From IMG/VR virus record IMGVR_UViG_3300045988_176357, positions 128,053 through 192,052 of that record: a stretch of 64,000 nucleotides of DNA. The stretch is one strand, 5' to 3'. Below are positions 29,087-38,842 of the stretch, one piece after another (within the stretch, counting starts at the first letter, position 1; each line of letters opens with the position of its first letter). The notes below the pieces were generated by a model. The model was not told the DNA's origin, made no database searches, and worked only from the letters and a program-made list of their open reading frames with translations. The position numbers and the translations under genes are program-made. Origin of the DNA: a virus.

Positions 29087-29780
29087 CACACCAGAGTGGC
29101 CCACGACAGCACAGGCTGTCAAGGAAATGATGACCGAAGTCTGCGACAAGAATTTGTTCGACTCCGGCGGAGCTTACGGCTACGCTTATGAACGCAGAGC
29201 CAATTGTGACAAGGAACCTGAATTCAAGGTACATTACGAGCTCCTTGATACTGGGAAATTGTGTATCGAAGTCACAAAGAGCATGTACTGGCATCTTGTG
29301 AACACCTGCCAGTACAGACACGACCTCACTGTTATGCTGGACGCATATGCAGATCTCAAAGACGAGCGCTACGGAGCATGGCTTGGCGAGGATTTCTTCA
29401 CCTCGTTTGGTCTCAAGTCAGGATCCGACAATACATGCAACACTGAAACGATGCTAGACGGTACGTTTCTGTTCACACAGGCGTACACCAGCGATGAATC
29501 GACAGACCTGTTCGTGATCAGCACACACAATGGCTGCGATGTGCGCTCTGGTTACAGCAGCGCCAAAGTCTTTGAGAGTCCGGACGCTGAAGTTCTGTAT
29601 GGCTTGGACAGTGCAAGTCTTATGTGTCACGGTTGTGATAGACAGTTCTATCTGTCAGCCAGCGGCACTCTGACACTCGATCCTGACCAGTTCAGCCTCG
29701 AGCAGAACGACGACTTGCCGTACTTTGTTGACGGCAAGCTTTACTGTCCGAAGTGCCATGAGCCGCTGGAGGTGTACTGA
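29079..29780 (+). CDS. hypothetical protein
   Basis: ORF. Confidence 0.45.
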   Translation: MSDTPEWPTTAQAVKEMMTEVCDKNLFDSGGAYGYAYERRANCDKEPEFKVHYELLDTGKLCIEVTKSMYWHLVNTCQYRHDLTVMLDAYADLKDERYGAWLGEDFFTSFGLKSGSDNTCNTETMLDGTFLFTQAYTSDESTDLFVISTHNGCDVRSGYSSAKVFESPDAEVLYGLDSASLMCHGCDRQFYLSASGTLTLDPDQFSLEQNDDLPYFVDGKLYCPKCHEPLEVY

Positions 29781-30256
29781 TGCCGAATGCACAACTCATG
29801 GCTGCGCTGCATGCGAGTACTAAAGCGTTGCGAGAAATGGCACGTGACGACGCTACGTACGACTTCGTATACGCGCACAGGAACATGTTCGTCAGCAACA
29901 GAGAGTCCTTCAAGGCTGCTGTATCTGCATGCCAGGAGCGCTCAGGCAGAGAGCTGTTGGACAGATTGGATCTGCAGGAGATCTGCATCGAGAAAGTAAC
30001 CGAAGCGGAGCTGCTGCACAGCTGCTACTACTTTGTCGACAGTCCACTGTACAAGCGTTTCATTCAGCTCGTCAGCAAGCACGGCGGCATAGGTACGGCA
30101 ATCTTCGTCGTCAACAAGCGAGGCATCGTCGTTACCAATAAGTACAGTCTGGACGCCTATGTGCGGGTCAAGCATGTACTCGGCAGCACAGGTAAATTGC
30201 CAGACATCATGTGGGCGCCCATAGAAGACCTTAAAGGCTTCACGTTTTACAACTAA
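29780..30256 (+). CDS. hypothetical protein
   Basis: ORF. Confidence 0.45.
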   Translation: MPNAQLMAALHASTKALREMARDDATYDFVYAHRNMFVSNRESFKAAVSACQERSGRELLDRLDLQEICIEKVTEAELLHSCYYFVDSPLYKRFIQLVSKHGGIGTAIFVVNKRGIVVTNKYSLDAYVRVKHVLGSTGKLPDIMWAPIEDLKGFTFYN

Positions 30257-30265
30257 GGAGGTTGA

Positions 30266-31725
30266 ATGCTGGAAACAAAAGTCATGTTCAATGCTACAGA
30301 GATCACGATCAAAGTGTCTGTGTGGGCGCGGGGTGATCCGTTCCCTGCTATTGGACATGCTGTAGGTATAGACACAGAAACCGAACTGATTACAGACGCC
30401 GAGCTTACGCCTCCGTTGGTTGTACTCGGCGTTTTTAATCCTGCTGACATGACCTGCTACCAGATATCCTGGACCGACGCGCAGTACTTCATGCAGGAAC
30501 TGCTTAAGCGTGACTGCAAGCTGTACTTCGCCAATGCAGGATTTGATTACTTCGAGCTTGAAAGCGATGAACTTCGAGATGCGGTCAGCAATGACCGTCT
30601 CGTAGACTTGCTCATCAGGGCTCCGCTGAAAGAGATCGCTACGATAGGTTACATCAGAACGCACAGCCTGAAGGATGCCTGCCAGTGGCATCTCAATTAC
30701 GAGATGGACAAGCACGAGGATGAAGGCGACCAGGCAGCTCGTGTCACGTTCCGAAGGAACAAGGACATTACAGATGAGCAGCGCATTTACCTGACAATCG
30801 ACTGTGCGTCCACCTATTATGCATGCGAGGCGATCGGGCCTCAGGCGACAGAGTGCACGCATACACGTGGGCAGATCGTCCTGTATCATATCAGCAAGAA
30901 CGGCTTTCCGTATGATCCGTACATGTTTGATTACTGCGAGAAGCTGTTACAGCAGCATATGGACCAGTACCGTGCAGAGCTCATCACGTACGGGTATCCT
31001 GATCCATACAAGAAGGACATGCCGACAGATATCAAGCAGCTGCAGGACGGCTGGCCGATGTTCAGGGACGCCTGGTTCGCCGCTCATATCAAAGAGAAGT
31101 ACCAGTTCGAGGACTCGCTGCCAGGCAAGAGCACTGTAAAGCGCATATTGCTGTACGGCACTGCGTATATGCAGCACGGTACCGATAAAGGCACTCTGGC
31201 ACGAGTGTTCGCAGCATTGCTGCTGCAGGACAAGAACCTGTCCAAGAAGGAACAGGCTGCATATGACCAATTGGTGGAGGAGCACGACTTTCTGGATGCC
31301 TGCAACGGTGTTGGCAAGAAGGAGGTTTGGCCGACGCTGCTGGTTGCGTGGATGCGTGCCGAGCTGGATGGCAAGGACATTGCTGGCATCTGGCAGGCAG
31401 TGGACGATGCGGTGCAGGACCACCCGCAGTGGTTCTGTACTGAGGAGCCTGTCAAGCCCAAGGCGTTCATGCAGGACCATCTGCGGGAACTGCAGGAAAA
31501 GTACCCTGGACTGGAGTTCGACAAGACGCTCAAGTCAGGTGAACTGAAGTGCTCCAAGAAGGACGCGTGGAAGTTGGCGGATGCGGGAGTGAACGATCCG
31601 CTGCTGACCGCGTACGTAAACTTTGGCCATGTGCAAAAGTATAAGTCGTCGTTTACCAATAGGGAATACCTGAGGAGCGACGGCAGAGTGCGGTGCCGCT
31701 TTGGCATCGTGGAGAGCGGTCGGTT
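30266..31725 (+). CDS. family-A DNA polymerase, exon 1 (3'-5' exonuclease domain plus N-terminal polymerase domain)
   Basis: Exo I GIDTETE, Exo II FANAGFDYFEL; ORF then reads into intron 1. Confidence 0.75.
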
Positions 31726-32051
31726 TGGCCGCTTCACACCGCGAGGTGTGTCGAACAAGAAAGTGAATTGCTGGGACACCTTAACGGGTAACGCCGAAGG
31801 CAATCAGCAGCCGAGCCATGCGTTCGACAGAACGCCAGCGCATGGAAGGTTCATCGACTATCCCGTACGTAATGGGAGTACCCGAGTAGCCATGTGCGTG
31901 ATAACGCACGAAAGCAAGGGGAAGCACTCTGGCTCAGGAATGAGTCAATGATATAGTCAGTGCGCTTATGGAAACATAAGGAGTGGTCAGGAGTGACAAC
32001 CTGAAACCTGCTACTGGGCGGCAACCGGTAGTGAACAAGATCCTTGGTGTG
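31726..32051 (+). ncRNA. polA intron 1: transposase-less IStron-type group-I-like intron
   Basis: Hairpin cacacc-gcga-ggtgtg plus the conserved core; ends ...ccttggtgtg; junction restores ..SGRFT|ISSLRTSASKPNLQQYP (PolA TGRLSS..PNLQNIP region). Confidence 0.55.
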
Positions 32052-32183
32052 TACAATATCAAGCCTGCGTACATCGGCATCTAAGCCGAATCTCCAACAA
32101 TATCCGTCACACGATCCGGTGTTTGCCTTGAAAAACATGTACAAGCCACCGGATGGAACCATTTTTGTCAGCGTAGACTATAG
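32052..32183 (+). CDS. polA exon 2 (through motif A ..VSVDYS)
   Basis: PNLQQYP and VSVDYS motifs. Confidence 0.6.
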
Positions 32184-33227
32184 CTTCGAAGCGGAGCCTT
32201 CACACCGCGAGGTGTGTCGAACAAGAAAGTGAATTGCTGGGAGTGCATAATGCCTGCGAGGCTACAGCGTAACCGCAAGGTAAGCGCGACAGCTGCGAAA
32301 GCAGAAAGAACACGCAGGATGGCATAAGGTGACAGTAAGCCTAAGTGCTGTGACAATTGCTGATCAGCAGCCGATCAAGGGATCTCCTAAGGCGAAAGCT
32401 ATGGAGCCCGGAAAGGGTTCAGAGACTAAGCGCTCCTTCTCTGGAAACGGAGAAGATGATATAGTCCGATTGTATTTAAATATTATTGCTGTATAATTAG
32501 AATATATAAGGCATTAACCACACAGAATTAACATGGACACAAAACCCGTTGGTTTCATTTACAGAATATATTGTACGTTGTAGTACTGTAGCAAAAGCTA
32601 TATAGGGCAGACACGACACAGCATATAGAAAAGGTTCGCTCAGCACTGTTGTCCTGGAGCGAAGCGAAAGACTTACATAGACAGAGCTATCGCATATCTA
32701 GGTAAATAGCATTTTTGTATCGAGTAGCTTGCAGAAGCACAAACGCTTCAGTAGTTAAATAAGCTGTAGATCTAGTATATAGAGAAGTACGGTAGTTTGT
32801 TTCCGGGTGGATTTAATATATCTAAAGGAGGTACAGTACCGTAGTTTACTTACTCTGGTAAGCCTGTAGTGCATTACTAGACCGGTATTGTATATAGAAA
32901 CAGTCAGTAGGCTGCATAGGCTACAGGTTGTAATGCTTCAGATATTCGTAGTATAGCCAACAAACGTATAAAGTCTACAAAAGGGAATCACTTTTATTGG
33001 TAGTTTACAGCTTTATAGGCTTATTTGGACTTTTGGAATACTCCGGATAAGAATGGTCCGAAGCGTATTATCAATGTCAGTACTGGATAGGTGTTTTAGT
33101 CACAGATAGCTGTATGCAGAAAATACAACCTAACTAAGTCACAGGTATCCAGAATGTGCCTAGGCAAAACAGCTAGTCTGAAGTCGTGTCCTTATGTATT
33201 TGAGTTTTACCAGCAATAAGCAGTTAG
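32184..33227 (+). ncRNA. polA intron 2: second type of group-I-like core (32186-32468, sharing the 5' module) plus a GIY-YIG HEG
   Basis: Core has a close homolog at 34910-35194; ends with G at 33227; junction restores DYS|AELVALAES (compare DYSQIELRILAHLS). Confidence 0.55.
32533..33219 (+). CDS. GIY-YIG homing endonuclease with NUMOD1 DNA-binding module; 15 in-frame TAG codons, no TAA/TGA
   Basis: With TAG read as a sense codon: MDTKPVGFIYRIYCTL.YCSKSYIGQTRHSI.KRFAQH ... STG.VF.SQIAVCRKYNLTKSQVSRMCLGKTASLKSCPYVFEF; stops with TAA 9 nt before the 3' splice site. Confidence 0.7.
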
Positions 33228-33465
33228 CGCAGAGTTGGTCGCGCTGGCAGAATCGTGCATAACAAAGTACGGCGAGTCCGTATTAGGCACTATTATCAAC
33301 GCGGATGTATGTCCGCATTACTTCTTCGCCGGTGTCATGATGGGTCTCATAGACGCCGACGTCAGCTTTTGCAGGGATCCCCAGGAAGTGGATCGTGTCA
33401 AGAAGTTCCTTAAAGAGCACGTAAGCAAGGAAGAAAGACAGAGAGCAAAAGCAGTTAATTTCGGT
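33228..33465 (+). CDS. polA exon 3 (O-helix / motif B up to ..RQRAKAVNFG)
   Basis: Motif B RRxAKxxNFG. Confidence 0.65.
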
Positions 33466-34498
33466 TAAATAATGTAAAGGAATGTAAAATGTAGTATAGA
33501 TGTTTGGAGTGTGGGTGTCTGTTCTAGGCTAAGCAACCGGCTAAATACTGCTCGCAAGCACATAAACAAAGGAAACAGAACCACAAAAGATAGGTGTATA
33601 TCTGTTTAAATTGCGGTTGTAAATTTTAGAGAGCAAAGCGTTCTGATTATGTTTTTTGCGGGCATAAATGCCGGTGTGCATATAGATAGAGTCATCCTTA
33701 GTTCGACTAGAGATAGTTCGTAGTTAGTAGAATGCAAGCGGATAACACACTGAAGTTCAGTAATAGATAGGCAAAAGCTAAAGCTAATGACATATATTGT
33801 GGTAAAACCCGGTTACGGTGGTCATAGGAAGCTTTAGATGCTTAGCTGTAGAGACGTGGTATATCAGTAACAGATTTTGGTCATAGGTGCTACAATAAAA
33901 CTTTAGCCCAATCGCCCTACGCATAGGTAATTGCGTCTAAATAGAAAACTTTAGATAAGCGTAGACGTATATATGCAAAGAAGAAAGCACTCGGCCTTAT
34001 TGTTACTGAAAAGTCTACTAACCAGAAGGTAAGATAGGCTATAATTAAATAGAGATATGGAATATGCTAGTGCTGTGGTTACTGTCAAAATGTCGATGCT
34101 TTGCAGTTACATCATGCAGATATGGATAGAAGCCACAATAATAAAGCTAATCTAGTTCTCTTATGCGCTAATTGTCATCAGATACTGCATACACGTATAA
34201 AGCGCAATTGGCATATGTATACGTAGCCTAAAGTCACATGTATATTACAATAGTTGCAAAGTATGTAGGCCGAAGTAAAAGAGCGGAATAAAGCGGGAAC
34301 TGCCGACAGGCAAACCCGAACCGAAGGCACGCAGGAATGCGTGTCAGGGGCAACGCGTAGCAGTACGTCCAGCTCGGATATGAACTGCCAAGAGGCCGCT
34401 CCTCTGCAGCCTATGCTGCAAAAATGTACGCTGAACACCGGTGTATGGACAGAAAGACCGGGAGCTATGGGATAAAAAGCCCGTAGGATAACAAATTG
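33466..34498 (+). ncRNA. polA intron 3 carrying an HNH HEG
   Basis: 5' splice site after ggT, 3' splice site after ttG; junction restores NFG|LPGGMKGKRLYQHL (compare NFGLIYGMSAFGLARQL). Confidence 0.55.
33489..34475 (+). CDS. HNH homing endonuclease with N-terminal CxxC zinc-ribbon repeats; 20 in-frame TAG codons, no TAA/TGA
   Basis: With TAG as sense: ..YRCLECGCLF..YCS..YICLNCGCKF... CQCCGYCQNVDALQLHHADMDRSHNNKANLVLLCANCHQILH; ends with TAA ~25 nt before the 3' splice site. Confidence 0.65.
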
Positions 34499-34909
34499 CT
34501 GCCAGGTGGCATGAAAGGCAAACGCCTATATCAGCACCTGAGAGAATGCGGCATCAAGGCTACGTTGCAGGAAGCCTTTCAGCTCAGGGAAACCTGGCTG
34601 CGAACCTTTAAGGAAATGAACCTGCACTTCGCCAGAACGCCGCTAAGACAAGACCCAAGGGAAAGGTACGCCTGGATACCTGCAAGTGACGACGACACAA
34701 GTACAGAGGACGCTGACCCGAAGGCAGATAAGCGCAAGGGTCGTCAGCTGTATGAAGTCACAACAATTACAGGCTTCAGACGTAACCGTACCGTAATCAA
34801 CAGCTGCCTGAACACAGAGTTTCAGAACCCAGTTGCACATCTTGCAAAGGAGGCTCTATGGAACTTCGAGAGGGCAGGACTCGGTAATCGTCTGCTGAAT
34901 TTTGTCCAT
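34499..34909 (+). CDS. polA exon 4 (to ..LLNFVH of motif C)
   Basis: Ends with the H of the VHDE motif. Confidence 0.65.
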
Positions 34910-35194
34910 GGCATCGTGGACGTTAAAGAAAGTGAATTGCTGGGAGTGCATAATGCCCGACTGCCTGATACAGGAGCGAAAGCAGAAACAAGTGTCGGGA
35001 TGCCTCAAGCTGAAACAAGTACCCGTGAGGGGCGCTAAAAGGTGGTGCAATTGCTAATCAGCAGCCGATCAAGGGATCTCCTAAGGCGAAAGCTATGGAG
35101 CCCGGAAAGGGTTCAGAGACTATCCCGCAAGGGAGTAGGGCGAAAGTCCGAAGCACTCCTTCTCTGGAAACGGAGAAGATGATATAGTCCGAAG
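34910..35194 (+). ncRNA. polA intron 4: compact group-I-like intron (same core type as 32186-32468)
   Basis: 5' splice site after caT, terminal G at 35194; splicing restores motif C FVH|DEADYW. Confidence 0.65.
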
Positions 35195-35440
35195 GATGAA
35201 GCAGACTACTGGGCCTACCCAAAAGAGGTCAGGCAGCTAGCTCCGATAGTGGAGCGATTGTGGCTGGAGCCTGGTCGCCGTGTGTTCCCTCATGTCATGC
35301 TCAAGTGCGAGACATCACTGAGCCTGTACTGGGACAAAGGCGGCGTCGAATTTCCAGATGTCAAGTGGAACGATAACGGGGAGCCGATACTGGAACTCCC
35401 GCCGTTCGTTCAACAGGCGTATGCCGCAAAAAGTACATAA
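35195..35440 (+). CDS. polA exon 5 (C-terminus)
   Basis: In frame from DEADYW to the TAA stop. Confidence 0.65.
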   Translation, partial: DEADYWAYPKEVRQLAPIVERLWLEPGRRVFPHVMLKCETSLSLYWDKGGVEFPDVKWNDNGEPILELPPFVQQAYAAKST

Positions 35441-35447
35441 ACATGGT

Positions 35448-35482
35448 CCCCCTGTGAGGTAACTCTTGCAGGGGGCTTTTCT
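35448..35482 (+). terminator. rho-independent terminator after polA
   Basis: cccccTG-loop-CAggggg followed by cttttct. Confidence 0.55.
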
Positions 35483-35497
35483 ATTGAGGAAACGAGC

Positions 35498-35746
35498 ATG
35501 AAAACAATTACAAAATGTACGTTGCTTGCAGCAGCTGCAGCTTGTACCATGTTAACTGGCTGCGATAGCGAAGAGGATTTGCAGAGATATAAATGCGAGG
35601 AGATTACGCGTCTATGCGAAGACCTGAAGGTGATTGAGTACGACGGATGTGAGTACTTGCTTTTTGGTCCGTACTCCTATGCTGGACTTCTAACACATAA
35701 AGGTAACTGCAAGTACTGTGAACAGCGAAGGAACAAAACGAAATGA
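35498..35746 (+). CDS. small Cys-rich putative lipoprotein
   Basis: Signal peptide with lipobox LTGC. Confidence 0.45.
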   Translation: MKTITKCTLLAAAAACTMLTGCDSEEDLQRYKCEEITRLCEDLKVIEYDGCEYLLFGPYSYAGLLTHKGNCKYCEQRRNKTK

Positions 35747-36831
35747 GAACAAAAAGAGTACTGAAGAAAAATGCAATCAAGGCCTATAAAGCCTTTAACA
35801 GTGACATGACTTGCAAAGGCTTCCAATATGAAGTCGGCAAGACCTACAGGCATAATGCTGTCTTGAAACTGTGCGAGGCAGGCTTCCATGCTTGCGAAAG
35901 GCTGGCTGACTGTTTCAGTTTTTACCCGTTCAGGGAAGCTGAAACCAGAGTGGCCGAGGTGCTAGTCTGGGGTAAAGTCGAGTATGCAGATACAGGTGTA
36001 AAACTCTGCGCCTCAAATATCAAGATAGTCAGAGAACTTGCATGGAGCGAGGTGTTATCTCTGTGTAACACTGGCTACGATAACAGCGGCCACAGTAACA
36101 GCGGCAACCATAATAGCGGCAGCTGGAACAGTGGCAGCTTTAATAGCAGCAACTGGAACAGCGGCGACTGGAACAGTGGCGGCTTTAATAGCGGCAGCTG
36201 TAATAGCGGCAGCTGTAATAGCGGCAACTGGAACAGTGGCAGCCGTAACAGCGGCGACTATAATATAGGCAACTATAATATAGGCTACGGTAACAGCGGC
36301 AACCAGAACAGCGGCGACTATAATACAGGCGACTGTAACAGCGGCAACAATAACACCGGTGACTGGAATAGCGGCGACTATAACACCGGCAACTATAATA
36401 TAGGCAACTGGAATGCAGGTATATTCAATACAGGGGCTTGTGAATATGCTTTTGCGTTCAATCAGCTTGTCAAGAAACAAGACTTAGAATGTCTTCCAAG
36501 TATACCATTCCTACGTTTTAAGCTTGTCGAATGGATACCGGAAAAGCATATGTTGCCGGAAGAGAAAGAGCAGCACCCTAAGTATGCGACAGCCGGAGGT
36601 TATCTCAAGAAGTACGACTACAAGGAAGCCTTCAGAAAGTCCTTCGAGGAGGCAAAGCGCCTTCCGGATTGGCCCGAACAGCTTAAGAGGCTGAAGGCGC
36701 TGCCCAACTTCAACTTCAAAATCTTTGAAGAGATATCGGGTATCACTGCCGAGGAGTTAACAGGCAGCACTGTCGAGAAGTTGACTACGAAACCGAAACG
36801 CAAACGGGAAAAGAGCACTAAGGGTGCTTAA
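35743..36831 (+). CDS. NxGxx repeat protein, paralog 3
   Basis: Same family as 20644. Confidence 0.6.
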   Translation: MRTKRVLKKNAIKAYKAFNSDMTCKGFQYEVGKTYRHNAVLKLCEAGFHACERLADCFSFYPFREAETRVAEVLVWGKVEYADTGVKLCASNIKIVRELAWSEVLSLCNTGYDNSGHSNSGNHNSGSWNSGSFNSSNWNSGDWNSGGFNSGSCNSGSCNSGNWNSGSRNSGDYNIGNYNIGYGNSGNQNSGDYNTGDCNSGNNNTGDWNSGDYNTGNYNIGNWNAGIFNTGACEYAFAFNQLVKKQDLECLPSIPFLRFKLVEWIPEKHMLPEEKEQHPKYATAGGYLKKYDYKEAFRKSFEEAKRLPDWPEQLKRLKALPNFNFKIFEEISGITAEELTGSTVEKLTTKPKRKREKSTKGA

Positions 36832-36848
36832 CTTAGAAGGATATTCAT

Positions 36849-37733
36849 ATGTATGTAAAACGTAAAGACGCAATCATAGCGTTCAAAGTGTTTTCTGATG
36901 CGGAACTGAATATGCATCATATTGTTCCAGGTACAATTCTTGACACTAAGTCCATGACCTCAGATGATAAAAGAATGTTCACTGTGTTCAAACATGCTGA
37001 GGATGCAATATCGTTGGCAGTGCATATGTGTATGCAGACTGTTTGCAGAGTGCGCGTATCAGGTAACGTACGAGAGCTGGAAGGTGGAAGGCTGTTAGTG
37101 CAGCATATGCAAGTAGACTGCGATGGACTGATACCGCTCAGAAAGCTGCTTGTTACAGTGAATAAAGGTTCTGCCAACTACGGTATATACAATGAAGGAA
37201 CTCGGAATGATGGTAACCACAATGTTGGCTGCAATAATGTCGGTAACTGGAACTTCGGCTCATACAATCTGGGCTCCTTTAATTTTGGCACTGGTAATAT
37301 CGGCAATCATAATAGTGGCGACTATAACTATGGTGACTTAAACGAAGCCGGATATTGCAATGTGGCTAAACGCACACGCTCGTGCGTCTTTACCACAGTA
37401 AATAACACCGGATATTTGAGCTTTAATAAGCCTTATACAGTTAATCTCTATACTTGTCAAATTCCTGATTTCTGCAGAGTAAAAGTCATTGAATGGATTC
37501 CTGTTTCCAGCCTGGCTACAGTTAAGGATACAAAAGAGAAATGCATGTATGCATGCTGCGGAGGTCGATTGAAAATCACCAGTTATCGGGAAGCCTTCAG
37601 GATCTCTTTTGAGGTAGCCAGACGCAAACCGGATTGGCCCAAGCAGCGGCAAATGCTGCTGGATCTGCCCAACTTCGATGCCGAGGTATTCGAGGAGATA
37701 TCAGGTATCACACCAAATGAACTTGGATTGTAA
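36849..37733 (+). CDS. NxGxx repeat protein with a divergent N-terminal domain
   Basis: NxGxx repeats plus the conserved C-terminal domain. Confidence 0.5.
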   Translation: MYVKRKDAIIAFKVFSDAELNMHHIVPGTILDTKSMTSDDKRMFTVFKHAEDAISLAVHMCMQTVCRVRVSGNVRELEGGRLLVQHMQVDCDGLIPLRKLLVTVNKGSANYGIYNEGTRNDGNHNVGCNNVGNWNFGSYNLGSFNFGTGNIGNHNSGDYNYGDLNEAGYCNVAKRTRSCVFTTVNNTGYLSFNKPYTVNLYTCQIPDFCRVKVIEWIPVSSLATVKDTKEKCMYACCGGRLKITSYREAFRISFEVARRKPDWPKQRQMLLDLPNFDAEVFEEISGITPNELGL

Positions 37734-37749
37734 CAGAAAGGAGAACGAA

Positions 37750-38112
37750 ATGAAAGCAGCAGATCTTGACACAAAAGACGTCACAGTAATACGTACAGAA
37801 AAGCGGTGCGTGCTGAATGAGAAGGTATTCGACCTTGACAACTGCCCTGACTGGGCGGAATGGGCGGCTGTGGATGAGGATGGTACGGCGTCTTGGTATG
37901 GAGCTAAGCCGGAGACCGTTGGAAGCGTTTGGATTAACGATGGTAGTAGCGGTTTAATCGGGGATGAGGATAGGATTGTAGCAATCATTTTCGATGCTGC
38001 CGACTGGAAGCGCAGCCTTATCGAGCGACCCAAGAAGGTGCTTGAGGTTACCATGTCGGATATTGAGAAGCAGTTTGGTTGTAAAGTGAAAATTGTAAAG
38101 GAGGCAGAATGA
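37750..38112 (+). CDS. 'CPDW' family small protein
   Basis: DNCPDWAEWAAVDEDG. Confidence 0.5.
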   Translation: MKAADLDTKDVTVIRTEKRCVLNEKVFDLDNCPDWAEWAAVDEDGTASWYGAKPETVGSVWINDGSSGLIGDEDRIVAIIFDAADWKRSLIERPKKVLEVTMSDIEKQFGCKVKIVKEAE

Positions 38113-38315
38113 AGCATCAGGAAACTATTATGTGGTGTCTCACAGGACATACTTGCAGTATATCGTACAATGCAGGGAAAGACAGGTACGATTGGGATAT
38201 CAGGAAAGGCGAAGAGTTGCAGGCAAAGGGATCAGCGGTGACTCTGTCGGAAGCGCGCAGTACAGCCATGTCCGCATATCAGATTGTCCGTGACGGCGCA
38301 GCATTGTCGAGGTGA
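38109..38315 (+). CDS. hypothetical small protein
   Basis: ORF. Confidence 0.3.
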   Translation: MKHQETIMWCLTGHTCSISYNAGKDRYDWDIRKGEELQAKGSAVTLSEARSTAMSAYQIVRDGAALSR

Positions 38316-38318
38316 CTT

Positions 38319-38648
38319 ATGATTGCAAAATTTAAGTATCCCGATATGTATGTTGGTTACGGCGTATGGCGCATTGTCGGTAATGCTGTGCGTAAAGATA
38401 AAATCACATTTGCGAACTTTCTATATGGTCCTGACGGAATCGAAATTACAACACTGTACTTCGACAAAGAGTGTACTGATTTTGAGCGTCCTGAAGATCT
38501 CTATATGACCAAAGCGGAAGCTGTCAATGTTTTGCGTAAACGCACCGAACGTGCATATGAGATAAGCAAAAAAGAGCTGTCAGAAGCAGAGCAGGATATG
38601 AAATTTGTTTCCAGCTACTGCAGCAAAAAGTATCCGAAAGATGCGTAA
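38319..38648 (+). CDS. hypothetical protein
   Basis: ORF. Confidence 0.35.
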   Translation: MIAKFKYPDMYVGYGVWRIVGNAVRKDKITFANFLYGPDGIEITTLYFDKECTDFERPEDLYMTKAEAVNVLRKRTERAYEISKKELSEAEQDMKFVSSYCSKKYPKDA

Positions 38649-38842
38649 GTGCAACTGCCGTGTGTGTAAGAGATCTCGGAAGCTCGAAGCTGTGCTGAGC
38701 AGGTACAACATGAAGCCAAAGGATGTAAATTTCCTGCACGCCATACTGACCAGCCTGATGACAGCAGAACTGGACAGAGACTGGGCACTGGTCGAGCTGA
38801 AGGAGGTGGCGTAGAAAATGACACAAGAAAAAGGAAAGCAAA

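Noticed and set aside
34178-34438. Minus-strand ORF of 86 aa inside polA intron 3.
   Set aside because: It lies antisense to the HNH ORF, has no motif or Shine-Dalgarno site, and is probably chance.
32469-34498. I initially read the stop-rich AT-rich stretches between polA exons as decayed, non-coding intron filler.
   Set aside because: I rejected that reading. All stops in one frame of each stretch are TAG with no TAA/TGA, and the TAG-read-through translations give GIY-YIG/NUMOD1 and HNH proteins.
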